DNA from: Alphaproteobacteria bacterium MarineAlpha9_Bin6
GTDB taxonomy: Bacteria > Pseudomonadota > Alphaproteobacteria > UBA7887
Assembly: GCA_002937585.1 (NCBI GenBank)
Contig: PTKE01000002.1
Location: 912-64,911, forward strand
Length of the DNA: 64,000 nucleotides
Direction: 5' to 3'
Below, one piece after another: positions 1 through 9,739 of this stretch. Made by a program: the position numbers and the translations under genes. The notes below the pieces were generated by a model. The model was given only the letters and a program-made list of their open reading frames with translations. It was not told the DNA's origin and searched no databases. Each line of letters opens with the position of its first letter. The first letter of the stretch is position 1.

Positions 1-77
1 CATTTTATGCGAAACAGGTATAGCCAATGTGAGGTCGTATAAGCATAATTTCGGCCAATTATTTAGGTGCGTTCAGC

Positions 78-653
78 ATGGGTGCAGATAAAGAATGTGA
101 CGGGTACCTCCCGGGGCAACTTTTAATCGCAATGCCAGGTATGGCAGACCCTCGCTTTTCCCAGAGCGTGATTTATTTGTGTGCCCACAATGAGGATGGC
201 GCTATGGGGTTAGTGGTGAACAAACTTATTGGATCCCTTAGCTTCACTGAGTTGTTAAAGCAAATGGAGATTGCGTCAGACAAATTCGATTCCAGTATGG
301 AAATTCATTTTGGCGGTCCCGTGGAGTCAGGGCGTGGCTTTGTGCTTCACAGTACGGATTACAATAGTGAAGGAACTATCAAGGTAAACAGTGATTTCGC
401 TGTGACTGCAACGATTGACGTGCTCAAGTCTATAGCCGGCGGTAAGGGTCCTGCTAATCTTATGTTTGCTCTAGGCTATGCTGGTTGGGCGCCGGGGCAA
501 CTCGATAGTGAGATGCAGAACAACGGGTGGTTACACTGCACCGCGGATTTAAGCATCGTGTTTGGTGATGACAACCAAGCCAAATGGAAACTGGCGGCAG
601 CTAAAATGGGCATCGATTTGTCGCTTTTAACCATTGAGGCTGGCCATGCCTGA
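78..653 (+). CDS. YqgE/AlgH family protein (UPF0301)
   Basis: 191-aa ORF. The N-terminus GxLLIAMPxMxDPxFxxSVIYLCxHNxxGAMGLVVN is characteristic of the UPF0301/AlgH family. Convergent with the downstream minus-strand genes. Confidence 0.75.
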   Translation: MGADKECDGYLPGQLLIAMPGMADPRFSQSVIYLCAHNEDGAMGLVVNKLIGSLSFTELLKQMEIASDKFDSSMEIHFGGPVESGRGFVLHSTDYNSEGTIKVNSDFAVTATIDVLKSIAGGKGPANLMFALGYAGWAPGQLDSEMQNNGWLHCTADLSIVFGDDNQAKWKLAAAKMGIDLSLLTIEAGHA

Positions 654-718
654 TTATATATTCGCCGGGTAACGAGTTTAGATAATTGTTTTTGCCATAA
701 TAAATGCCATTAAAAAGT

Positions 719-1411
719 TTAGTGTTTTGTGCTTTGTGCTGGAGATGGTGCAGTCGTAAAGCGCTCTCGGCGAGGTGAAACTCGTGAGTCCCGAATCGAA
801 TCGCGTGCCAAGGGGACTGGTGCCATCCTAGAGTCTGTTTCAAGCAGACTAAACAAGACATGGTCTTGCCATTGGCCATTAATTTTTAAATAGCGGCGCA
901 CATAACCTTCTTCTTGGAATCCTATTTTTTTTAATAAGGCTCGGCTCGCCTTATTCTGTGGTAGGCAGGCAGCCTCGATTCGATGAATCTTGAGTCGGTG
1001 GAATATGAACGGTAGGAGTGCTGATAATGCTTCCGTCATGTAGCCTTGGCCAGAATAATTTTCGCCAACCCAGTAGCCAATACTGCAACTTTGCGCGACT
1101 CCTCGCCGGACATCATTAATCGAGACGCTCCCGAGTAAGGCGCGGTCGTCCTTCCGGAATATTAAAAAAATATAAGCAGTGTCAGAATTTGTATGGACTG
1201 CATAGGTGCGGAGTCGGCGAAAAAAAGCTTTCCGCGTAAGCGCATCTTTGGGCCATGTTGGTTCCCAGGGCTCAAGGAAGCTCCGACTCGCTGTTCGTAA
1301 AGTGAGCCATTTTCTAACATCGCGTCGGCTGGGAGGGCGCAGGTAGACCCGACCTGCTTGGATCGGCTTGCCTCGCATGGCCTGAGACAGAGATTTAAAG
1401 AGGCCGATCAT
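719..1411 (-). CDS. GNAT family N-acetyltransferase (RimJ/RimL-like)
   Basis: 230-aa ORF with an acetyl-CoA binding-like core (QxxGxGYMTEAL) typical of ribosomal-protein N-acetyltransferase-type GNATs. Its start overlaps the upstream TusA-like stop by 4 nt. Confidence 0.7.
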   Translation of the reverse strand: MIGLFKSLSQAMRGKPIQAGRVYLRPPSRRDVRKWLTLRTASRSFLEPWEPTWPKDALTRKAFFRRLRTYAVHTNSDTAYIFLIFRKDDRALLGSVSINDVRRGVAQSCSIGYWVGENYSGQGYMTEALSALLPFIFHRLKIHRIEAACLPQNKASRALLKKIGFQEEGYVRRYLKINGQWQDHVLFSLLETDSRMAPVPLARDSIRDSRVSPRRERFTTAPSPAQSTKH

Positions 1412-1662
1412 CCCTTTATCCTAATTTGGAAGCTGAAGACTCCGTCGGATTCCGAATTACCTTCGAGTCGATGACCAGTCAATTCGCAGAACATTTTGAA
1501 ATCTTTTACGGAACTGGGATCAGTGGCAAAAACCGTTAAAAGGCTTCCTGAGGGTAGGGTTTTGATTGCTTTTTTAGCTTTTAGAACCGGCAAAGGGCAA
1601 GCTAGACCACAAACGTCCAGGTCATGCCGCTTTGAATCTTCATCCGAGACAATCATTCGCAC
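1408..1662 (-). CDS. TusA-like sulfurtransferase (SirA/YedF/YeeD family)
   Basis: 84-aa ORF with the LDVCGLACPLPVLKAKKAI motif (CPxP active-site cysteine), the hallmark of the TusA family. Overlaps the stop of the M16 peptidase gene. The start may be the second Met. Confidence 0.75.
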   Translation of the reverse strand: MRMIVSDEDSKRHDLDVCGLACPLPVLKAKKAIKTLPSGSLLTVFATDPSSVKDFKMFCELTGHRLEGNSESDGVFSFQIRIKG

Positions 1663-2924
1663 CTTCGCTGAAGCTTATTTTTTAGTGCTTCATAATCAGG
1701 CATGTTTGATGATGGGCCAAGCGACGTAACTGTTAATGGTCCATTCGCCAACAGGCGACGGGCGACGGCCGACAATTTTGTTGGGTCCGCTGAGTCAATA
1801 TTTTCGATAACCTCTGAGTTGGGGAGAGGGCGCCCAAAAAGCAGGAGCTGGCGTGCTAGTTGTTCACTACGTGCGCTCGTGCTTTCAAGAGACATCAAGA
1901 GTCCTGATTTTAGCTGGGCTCTTGCGCGTTTTGTCTCCGCATCACCAATGTTCTCAGCGACGTCCAGTAGTTCGTTGCACACTGTGTCAATCAATTCACC
2001 TGCAGATTCCGCGCTGGTACCAGCGTAAATGCCGAACAACCCACCATCTACATAACTGGTAGAGAATGAATAAATAGAGTAGGCAAGCCCGCGTTCCTCT
2101 CGTACTTTTTGAAAGAGGCGCGATGACATGCCCCCACCTAATAAGGTGGAAAATACCTGCAGGGCGTAATAATCGTTGTCTTCGTACGAAAATCCGTTGA
2201 ACCCGAGTAGAAGGTGAACTTGCTCAAGCTCGCGCGGCTGATACAAATGTCCGCCAACATATTTGGCCTTTTCATAGGTATTATCATCTGTGGTGGTGGA
2301 GCCTAAGAATGTTTGGCTTGTTAATGCGACTAGTTGATCGTGATCAATATTTCCAGCCGCGGAGACCACCATGCGGGCGGGTGTGTAATGCTGGGCCATA
2401 TAGGTGTCAAGAGTATGACGAGTGAAGCTTGAGACGTTTTCTGAGGTGCCAAGCACTGGTCGGCCCAGGGGCTGGTCCGGGAAAGCAATATCCTGGAAAT
2501 AGTCGAATATTATGTCGTCGGGAGTGTCCTGAGCTTGACCAATTTCTTGGATGACGACCGTCTGCTCACGCATGAGTTCGTCTTGATCGAAAGTTGGATT
2601 TTGTAAAATATCCCCCAGTATGTTGACCGCGAGTGGCAAATCTTCCTTAAGAACCTTAGCAAAGTAGGCGGTCTGCTCTCGGGAGGTGTAGGCGTTAAGG
2701 TGCCCCCCCACGGCCTCGATTTCCTCCGCTATATCGCGTGCACTTCTTAGTTGGGTGCCCTTGAACGCCATGTGTTCAAGTAAGTGAGATATCCCATTGG
2801 TCTCTGGTTGTTCGCATCGCGCGCCGGCATTGACCCATACCCCAACCGATGCAGTTTCCAGAGATGGCATCTGTTCACTAATTACGCGCAACCCATTGTC
2901 CAGGGTGGTGACTTGTGGTGCCAT
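1653..2924 (-). CDS. M16 family zinc metallopeptidase (pitrilysin/insulinase-like)
   Basis: 423-aa ORF with the inverted zinc motif HLLEHMAFKGT (HxxEH), the downstream glutamate and a C-terminal inactive-half domain. Confidence 0.85.
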   Translation of the reverse strand: MAPQVTTLDNGLRVISEQMPSLETASVGVWVNAGARCEQPETNGISHLLEHMAFKGTQLRSARDIAEEIEAVGGHLNAYTSREQTAYFAKVLKEDLPLAVNILGDILQNPTFDQDELMREQTVVIQEIGQAQDTPDDIIFDYFQDIAFPDQPLGRPVLGTSENVSSFTRHTLDTYMAQHYTPARMVVSAAGNIDHDQLVALTSQTFLGSTTTDDNTYEKAKYVGGHLYQPRELEQVHLLLGFNGFSYEDNDYYALQVFSTLLGGGMSSRLFQKVREERGLAYSIYSFSTSYVDGGLFGIYAGTSAESAGELIDTVCNELLDVAENIGDAETKRARAQLKSGLLMSLESTSARSEQLARQLLLFGRPLPNSEVIENIDSADPTKLSAVARRLLANGPLTVTSLGPSSNMPDYEALKNKLQRRCE

Positions 2925-2953
2925 GCAGTAGATTCCAATTTACTCTGTTGTGT

Positions 2954-4402
2954 TTAGGTGCCGACGCGGCTGCGGGATCGAATATAAGCCTGCAAGGTGT
3001 TAAGGTCACGCGGTAGCACGTCGCAGTGTTCATCAGATACCAACGCCTCGGCAAGGCGCTCGGGTGTTTTTGGGCGACGCCCCGTAGCCCTTTCCACCGA
3101 ATCCGGAAACTTTGCTGGGTCAGCGGTTGCTAACGAAATAACTGGACCGTTCTCGGTTGTAACGAATGTGCGCGCGGCTGCGACGCCTACCGCCGTGTGA
3201 GGATCGATCAATAACCCAGTCTCTGCGTGAACCCTTCCCATTTCGGCTAGTGTTAGGGTTTCATCAATTGCAATACCCGTGAACAGGGTGCGGGCCTTAT
3301 TAAGTCTTTCGGCTTCGATCGTAAATCCTCCATCTGAACCCAATGCTTCCATTCGTCGAGAAATCTCAACCCCATTTCGATCATAAATTTCAAACAATAA
3401 CCTCTCAAAATTGCTGGCAACCTGGATATCCATGCTGGGCGTGATCGTTGGTGTTACGTCTCCTAGCCAGTGTTTCCCAGTTGTTAGTGATTGAGTAAGG
3501 ATATCGTTTCGATTGGTGGCGACGATCAGCCGCTTCACTGGCAAGCCCGTCCGGTGAGCGACATAGCCCGCATAGACATCGCCGAAGTTTCCGGTCGGAA
3601 CTGCGAAGGTCGGTGGCCAATCATTCAGGCGCGATGCTGCAACATGGTAATAGACTACTTGGGCTAGTATTCTCGCCCAATTGATTGAATTGATGGCAGC
3701 CAATGCTAGGTCGTATCGAAACGCCCTGTCGTTAAACATTGCTTTCACCAGTCTTTGGCAGTCATCGAAAGTGCCCTCTATGGCAATATTGTGGACATTC
3801 TCGGCGACCACTGACGTCATTTGTCGCCGCTGAACGTCTGATATCAGACCAAGAGGATGAAGGACAAAAATGTCAAGATTAGAACGGCCTTGGCACGCAG
3901 CAATTGCAGCCGATCCTGTGTCTCCAGATGTTGCGCCAATTACAGTTAGGCGCTCACCTTTCCGTTGCAGAACATGGTCAAATAATCGACTCAGAACTTG
4001 TAGAGCAAAATCTTTAAAGGATAGAGTGGGGCCGTGAAAAAGCTCCAGAAGCCAGTGGCCATCGCCTATTTCTACTAAAGGTGCCACATCTTTGTGTTGA
4101 AACTCAGAGTACGCATCACGGGTTATAGCATTCAGTGCGGCGCTGTCGATTTCTCCATTCACGAAAGGTTCCATGAGACGGGCGGCATCCTCCGCGTATG
4201 AAAGTCTTCGGGTATCAGGTCCATTCCAAACAGCGGGCCATTCTGCGGGTACGTAGAGCCCGCCGTCTGGCGCCAAGCCAGCCAGCAGCGTCTCTTCGAA
4301 TCCAATAATCTGGTCGCTTCCGCGTGTACTTAGGTATTTCAATATTTTGCCTAAAGTTTCGCCGTTGATGTCCTTGGCGTGGGCTAACTCACGGAGTCCC
4401 AA
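2954..4402 (-). CDS. thrC: threonine synthase
   Basis: 482-aa ORF with the PLP-lysine motif SFKDFALQ and glycine-rich PLP loops (TSGDTGSAA). The length fits the long-form ThrC of proteobacteria. Confidence 0.85.
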   Translation of the reverse strand: MGLRELAHAKDINGETLGKILKYLSTRGSDQIIGFEETLLAGLAPDGGLYVPAEWPAVWNGPDTRRLSYAEDAARLMEPFVNGEIDSAALNAITRDAYSEFQHKDVAPLVEIGDGHWLLELFHGPTLSFKDFALQVLSRLFDHVLQRKGERLTVIGATSGDTGSAAIAACQGRSNLDIFVLHPLGLISDVQRRQMTSVVAENVHNIAIEGTFDDCQRLVKAMFNDRAFRYDLALAAINSINWARILAQVVYYHVAASRLNDWPPTFAVPTGNFGDVYAGYVAHRTGLPVKRLIVATNRNDILTQSLTTGKHWLGDVTPTITPSMDIQVASNFERLLFEIYDRNGVEISRRMEALGSDGGFTIEAERLNKARTLFTGIAIDETLTLAEMGRVHAETGLLIDPHTAVGVAAARTFVTTENGPVISLATADPAKFPDSVERATGRRPKTPERLAEALVSDEHCDVLPRDLNTLQAYIRSRSRVGT

Positions 4403-4429
4403 GCGTTCAAGAATGTATCTCGTCTCTAG

Positions 4430-5254
4430 CTAAATTCTCTTGTGATCGGGCTTTAGACGCTCCAGCAGAGTTGGATGGATTAATGTGCCACTCGCGACTA
4501 AATTTGGATGCAGTATATCTTCGTCGTTGTAACGGTGTGGTGTGCCGCTGGCATCTGTCATAAGTCCTCCGGCCTCACGAACCAGTAAATCTCCAGCAGC
4601 GATATCCCAATCGCTTTTGGGTCTGAGGGCGATTACTGCATCAAGCTCACCGGTTGCAACCAGTGCTAACTTATAGGCGATTGCGTCAACTTGTTTCAGT
4701 GTTACCTCGGGAAAGAGGTGACTCCAAAGTTGCTGGCGGAGCTCGGTTTTACTAGTTCCCAGCACCACAGCCGGCAAAGCTGCCGTTTCACTGGTTGTCG
4801 CATTTTCACCATTCAGTCTGGTTCCACCCCCCTTTACCGCATCGAAAAGTTCATCGGTAATTGGATTGTATACAGCTGCAGCAATCGGTTCTTGGTCACA
4901 GACTAGCGCGATTGAAATCGCAAACTCGGCGATGCCGTCGATAAATGATTTAGTGCCATCTATGGGGTCAATGATCCAAGCTCTTCTTGCATTAATACGT
5001 TGCGGTGGGAGCGGCAATTCTTCCGAAATAATTATGTCCTGAGGACGTGAAGTGCGTATGACGGAGATAATTTCTTGGTTTACTGCGATGTCAGCGTCCG
5101 ATACGGGGTCTCCTGGTTTCTTTTCGCGGACCTCAAAGTCGCCGCGAAAGAAAGATTTGGCAACGATGCCGCCTGCACGTGCTGCATCGAGCGCTACAGC
5201 AAGATCCGATTCAAGTCCAAATCTGGGGGTAGTCATGGCGGTATCTAGGGACAT
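4430..5254 (-). CDS. inositol monophosphatase family protein (SuhB/CysQ-like)
   Basis: Metal-binding motifs EE..P and WIIDPIDGTKSFIDG of the IMPase/FBPase superfamily. The ORF track extends to 5356, but the conserved domain begins near the internal Met at 5254 or 5236, so the start is uncertain. Confidence 0.7.
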   Translation of the reverse strand: MSLDTAMTTPRFGLESDLAVALDAARAGGIVAKSFFRGDFEVREKKPGDPVSDADIAVNQEIISVIRTSRPQDIIISEELPLPPQRINARRAWIIDPIDGTKSFIDGIAEFAISIALVCDQEPIAAAVYNPITDELFDAVKGGGTRLNGENATTSETAALPAVVLGTSKTELRQQLWSHLFPEVTLKQVDAIAYKLALVATGELDAVIALRPKSDWDIAAGDLLVREAGGLMTDASGTPHRYNDEDILHPNLVASGTLIHPTLLERLKPDHKRI

Positions 5255-5559
5255 AAGCCACACACCATAGCAGCGGCCTATGCGTGAGCAAGTAGGAGGA
5301 GCTAGCAAAAAGCTCCTTATTTCCCCAGAAATTGCTTGGCGCGGACACGCTATCAATATGCCAGTGAGGCCCTACATTTCTCTGAAGAGATGAGGAGAGG
5401 AAGATTTTCGTCGGCGGAGTCCGATCCTGACTTGCCAATTGCGTCAAGTGAATCCGAGAAGGGAAATTAGCTACAGATAGGTTAGATGCTAAAACCTGTA
5501 CTAAAATCACGTCTGACCCTGAGTTCATTCAGTGCAACGTTTGTTAAATAAGTATGTAA

Positions 5560-6543
5560 TTGGAGTGGGAAACGTTACCGCTTGTTGCGCCGCCGCCACT
5601 GAAAGCAGAGGCTGAATTGTACGATTCTGTGCCGGTTCATAGTCAAACAGCGCTCGTAGTTTTTAATCCAACGGCGGGGAAACGGGGCAGGTTCCTCTTG
5701 AACGCGGTTGTGGACGAACTTCGTATTTTAGGATGGCACGTCTCTTTAGTTGAGACCAAACAAAAGGGTCATGCTGAGCAGATCGCATCTGGTCTTTATG
5801 AAGGATCTTGTAACGGGCCAGATATTTTGGTTGTTGCTGGTGGAGACGGTACCATAAACGAGATCATTAATGGCTTGGCCGTTATTGGCAGACTTGATTT
5901 GCCAGTTGGTCTGATCCCTATAGGAACAGTCAATCTGTTGGCGAGCGAAATTAAGCTACCCCGTAGCCCTCACTTACTTGCTCAAATTATTTCAGACGGT
6001 CATTTGCGAAACGTTGTGTTGGGGCAAATTTGTACGAAGTACAAAAGTCGCTTTTTTGTGATGACTGCAGGCGTGGGATTTGATGCGCGCTCAGTATCGA
6101 GGGTTTCACACCGACTCAAACGCTTAAATGGTAAATTGGCCTATATCGTAGCCGGGATAGAGGAATACTTGCTTGGCAGGTGGCCTTGCTACCAAGTGAT
6201 CGTCGATGGCGAGGACGTTGTGGCCCGATCCATATTATTTGCTAATGGGAAATATTACGCAGGAGGAATGATTTGGGCTTCCGCAGCAAATATTGAACTG
6301 TCTGCGCTTGAAGTTGGTATTTTTGCTCGCGCCGGGCGGCTTCGGCTCCCATTGTATGCCCTTGGGTTGATCGCAGGAAGGCTCTACCAGATGCGGGATG
6401 TATCTATTCGCACCGCGACAAAGATTCACTTATTGGGGCCACCGAATGAACCAGTGCAAGCCGATGGAGATATTGTCGCACATCTCCCTGTCCGTATTTC
6501 AGTTGCATCCGTTGGTGCAAGGATATTAGGCCCAAGTCGATGA
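5560..6543 (+). CDS. diacylglycerol kinase catalytic domain lipid kinase (YegS/BmrU-like)
   Basis: 327-aa ORF with the GGDGTINEIINGL motif of the DAGK_cat / sphingosine-kinase-like lipid kinase family. Confidence 0.7.
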   Translation: MEWETLPLVAPPPLKAEAELYDSVPVHSQTALVVFNPTAGKRGRFLLNAVVDELRILGWHVSLVETKQKGHAEQIASGLYEGSCNGPDILVVAGGDGTINEIINGLAVIGRLDLPVGLIPIGTVNLLASEIKLPRSPHLLAQIISDGHLRNVVLGQICTKYKSRFFVMTAGVGFDARSVSRVSHRLKRLNGKLAYIVAGIEEYLLGRWPCYQVIVDGEDVVARSILFANGKYYAGGMIWASAANIELSALEVGIFARAGRLRLPLYALGLIAGRLYQMRDVSIRTATKIHLLGPPNEPVQADGDIVAHLPVRISVASVGARILGPSR

Positions 6544-6560
6544 AAACTTGCCTCGGCCTG

Positions 6561-7904
6561 TCAAACGCCCGCTACTGTCATTCCATCAACCCGCAGAGTT
6601 GGTGCGTTAACTCCATAACGGAACGTTAGATCGTCAGCCGGCGTAAGTTTTAGAAACATATCTTCTATATTGCCCGCTACCGTCATTTCGTTGACTGGAT
6701 GGGCGAGTTCACCATTTTCAATCCAAAATCCAGATGCCCCTCGGCTGTAATCGCCGGTGAGACTATTGAAACTCATTCCCATCATCTCAGTGACATAAAA
6801 CCCGCTATTTATATTCCCAATCAGATCGTCGCGTGAGATCTCACCTGGAGACATGTAAAGATTTGTTGGTCCTGGGCTTGGAGGTGTCGACGTGCCGCGT
6901 ACCGCATGACCCGTACTCCGTAGTTTTAACTGTCGGGCTGAACGGGTATCGAGAAGCCAAGTTGTCAAGACACCATTTTCTACAATTTTCCTTAATTCAC
7001 CGGGCACACCTTCGCCGTCGAAGGGTCGGGATGAAAGACCCCGCTCTCGCAGCGGATCGTCGATGATATCAACACCGATGGCGAATAGTTGCTTATCCAT
7101 TTTATCCTTCAGAACGCTTGTTCCGCGCGCAATGGCTGCTCCCGAAATCAGTCCAGCTAGAAGTCTTGGAAAGCCGCCTGAAAGTCGAGGGTCAAAAACT
7201 ACAGGCACTTGTTGGCTTTTGGCTTTTCTCGGATTGAGGCGCCTTACTGCCCTTTCTCCGGCACGTTGCCCAATATCGGAGGCTGGCTCCAGATCACTAA
7301 AATGATGGGCAGAGCAATATTCGTAGTCACGCTCCATCTGTGTATCCGAGCCGGCGATTACCGAGGCTGAGATCCCAAAATTGGTCGCTAGGTACCCACC
7401 GGCGAAGCCGGCGCTATTGGCCAGAGTTATTGCACTTTTTCCTGCGTTTGACCCGGCTCCTTCCGTATTGGTCACCCCATCGACGGCACGGGCCGCATCT
7501 TCGGCAAGTGCCGCTAGCTCGAGCAAAGTGGCTGACGACGGCATTTCAGAATCCGCCAGGTCTAGGTCAATAACCTCTTGGGTGAGTTGATCGCTCTCTG
7601 GAAGGCCGCAGTGAGGGTCTTCAGGTGCGTTCCGGGCCATTGTTACAGCACGTTCGATCAGCTCGTTGAGTGCTGTAGTTTGCAGATCGTTGCTGGATAC
7701 TATGGCCTGGCCATGGCCAATTAAGACTCGAAGACCAAGGTCGCCAGACTCAGCCCGTTCAACGCCCTCGTTGCGACCCATCCGCCAGCTCGCGCTTGAT
7801 GATACAGAATCAATCATGATTGCATCGGCAGCATCGGCGCCAGCTTTGCAAGCTTTGGCAACAAAATCGGAAAGAAAGTCTGGATCGGGTTTTTGTTCTG
7901 ACAT
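6561..7904 (-). CDS. pmbA: TldD/PmbA family metalloprotease (PmbA-like)
   Basis: 447-aa ORF with TldD/PmbA family similarity throughout (C-terminal GxxxGFWIENGE block). The PmbA-type call, against the TldD-type paralogue at 15653-17092, rests on length and N-terminus. Confidence 0.8.
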   Translation of the reverse strand: MSEQKPDPDFLSDFVAKACKAGADAADAIMIDSVSSSASWRMGRNEGVERAESGDLGLRVLIGHGQAIVSSNDLQTTALNELIERAVTMARNAPEDPHCGLPESDQLTQEVIDLDLADSEMPSSATLLELAALAEDAARAVDGVTNTEGAGSNAGKSAITLANSAGFAGGYLATNFGISASVIAGSDTQMERDYEYCSAHHFSDLEPASDIGQRAGERAVRRLNPRKAKSQQVPVVFDPRLSGGFPRLLAGLISGAAIARGTSVLKDKMDKQLFAIGVDIIDDPLRERGLSSRPFDGEGVPGELRKIVENGVLTTWLLDTRSARQLKLRSTGHAVRGTSTPPSPGPTNLYMSPGEISRDDLIGNINSGFYVTEMMGMSFNSLTGDYSRGASGFWIENGELAHPVNEMTVAGNIEDMFLKLTPADDLTFRYGVNAPTLRVDGMTVAGV

Positions 7905-8070
7905 TGATCTCGCTCTTTATTGAAGATGCCAAGGCTATTTTGGCTTGTCCGGGTAAAGCTATATCCCGGCTTGGATTAAATTTCGACCAGTCATTACGCA
8001 AACGAAGGTTAACGCGGCCAGTTCCATGTTAAAATGAGAAGGCCCGATTATAGAAAGAGGTATCTATAAA

Positions 8071-8763
8071 ATGATTAAAGACTCACCCATATTGACTATT
8101 CGGCGCAATTTTCAACGCCCAACTAAAGCACAGATTCAGTCTTTCGAGAGCGTGTCCACGGGTTTTGTTGTCGACAGTCAAGACGGAAACGGAGCCTTAG
8201 ATTACCGGATCAAGCCATTACTGGATGATTCAAGCAGCACGTTTTTTGGTGTAGCTGTTACTTGCCAGACAGGTCCATCCGATAATTTGGCTGCTCACGG
8301 GGGTCTCGCTCTGGCGGAGCCTGGCGACGTATTGGTTGTTGCAACGGGAGGGTACACCGGAGCGGCGGTGATTGGGGATAATATGGCTCACATGGCGAAG
8401 AACAAAGGTGTCCTCGCCATCGTTACTGACGGCGTACTGCGAGATCTCCCGGGATTATTGGAAGTTGGGATTCCAATGTTCTGCCGGGGAATAAGCCCAA
8501 ACTCTCCTGCTCGCAATGGTCCCGGAACAGTCGGGCTGCCAGTCACACTCGGTGGAGTTTCCGTATCATCCGGCGATTTGGTTATCGGGGACCGAGATGG
8601 CGTCGTGATTGTTTCGCAACAAACTTTAACTCGAGTAATCGGCGAGCTTGAGGAAGTGCGTCAAATTGAGGCGGTTATGGAGGCGAAGGTGAAAGACGGG
8701 CTAACCCTGAGTGACGGTATCTGTGAATTGTTAGCTTCCGATAAAGTCCGCAACCTCGATTGA
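8071..8763 (+). CDS. RraA family protein (RraA / 4-hydroxy-4-methyl-2-oxoglutarate aldolase-like)
   Basis: 230-aa ORF with the GDVLVVATGG motif and overall pattern of the RraA / demethylmenaquinone methyltransferase-like family. Confidence 0.65.
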   Translation: MIKDSPILTIRRNFQRPTKAQIQSFESVSTGFVVDSQDGNGALDYRIKPLLDDSSSTFFGVAVTCQTGPSDNLAAHGGLALAEPGDVLVVATGGYTGAAVIGDNMAHMAKNKGVLAIVTDGVLRDLPGLLEVGIPMFCRGISPNSPARNGPGTVGLPVTLGGVSVSSGDLVIGDRDGVVIVSQQTLTRVIGELEEVRQIEAVMEAKVKDGLTLSDGICELLASDKVRNLD

Positions 8764-8969
8764 TGGTTATGACCAATATCCGTGCTCGGTTGTCACCCGA
8801 CATTAATTTGAATTCTGTATTGGTAGAATCGAACAACGAAAATCATAGGTCTGCTGTTTCAGAAGATTTTGTCTGAATAGCGATATTGCGCGTTTAATGC
8901 AAAATGAAGCAAAGGGCTGTTCAGGTGGCGAGGTATTACAGTTTTTTTATGTGTAAGGATAAATAATTA

Positions 8970-9677
8970 CTACGAAATGATTACATGCTCTTTGGTAATG
9001 ATAAACGCAGGTTTTCCTTCTTTGATAAAATTAACTTCGTCTGCGCGCGTGTTTGCATATGCTTCTGTGGATACACCCGCGCGCATTCCATCAACCGAGT
9101 CAAACCATGTGATTGCAATCCCGTCCCATGCCGGTTGTGGGTCACGCTTGTAGCCCGACAACTTCGTATGACTCTGCACATACCGTTGCACCGTAGGAAT
9201 TTCTGAGGCTATTTTCCCGTGTGTGCCGCGCCAGTATTTCTGAAAAGATTGTATATCCATACCCGGCTTACGGGTGACAAATTCAATATTTTTGACTCCA
9301 TTTTTTGGTATGTCGCCATTTTTTATTACGTGCTCCTCGGTCAAAATTAACGTGAGGCTCTGCCGATCGATGAAATTTTCTTCATCCTCTACGATATCTC
9401 TGTAGGCATTTGTGGTCGCCATTTCGCGAAGGATATTGGTATCGTCAACCCATATTTCTGCGAGTCCATCGTATAGGAGGCCTCCTTTGCGATATCCACC
9501 TATCAGCGGGTGGGATTGCACATACCGTTTCACGTGCGGCAATTGCTTTACAACTTCGGCGTGAGTAAAGCGCCAATAGGTTTGGAATTCTTCCACTGAC
9601 ATGTTTGGTTTGCGCCGGATCAACGTGCACGCTTTCAACATAGTTTTCTCCGTTTTAGCCATTTCATCGCAGCACAC
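8970..9677 (-). CDS. tandem EthD-domain protein (two EthD repeats fused)
   Basis: 235-aa ORF with two internally homologous halves (MSVEEFQTYWRFTHAEVVKQLPHVKRYVQSHPLIGGY and MDIQSFQKYWRGTHGKIASEIPTVQRYVQSHTKLSGY). Each half resembles the roughly 100-aa EthD family. Confidence 0.55.
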   Translation of the reverse strand: MCCDEMAKTEKTMLKACTLIRRKPNMSVEEFQTYWRFTHAEVVKQLPHVKRYVQSHPLIGGYRKGGLLYDGLAEIWVDDTNILREMATTNAYRDIVEDEENFIDRQSLTLILTEEHVIKNGDIPKNGVKNIEFVTRKPGMDIQSFQKYWRGTHGKIASEIPTVQRYVQSHTKLSGYKRDPQPAWDGIAITWFDSVDGMRAGVSTEAYANTRADEVNFIKEGKPAFIITKEHVIIS

Positions 9678-9739
9678 CCGAATGACTGAATTATGTGGTT
9701 CCCTTTTTGTTAATGCTGATCCTACTTAGGTCTACTCTG

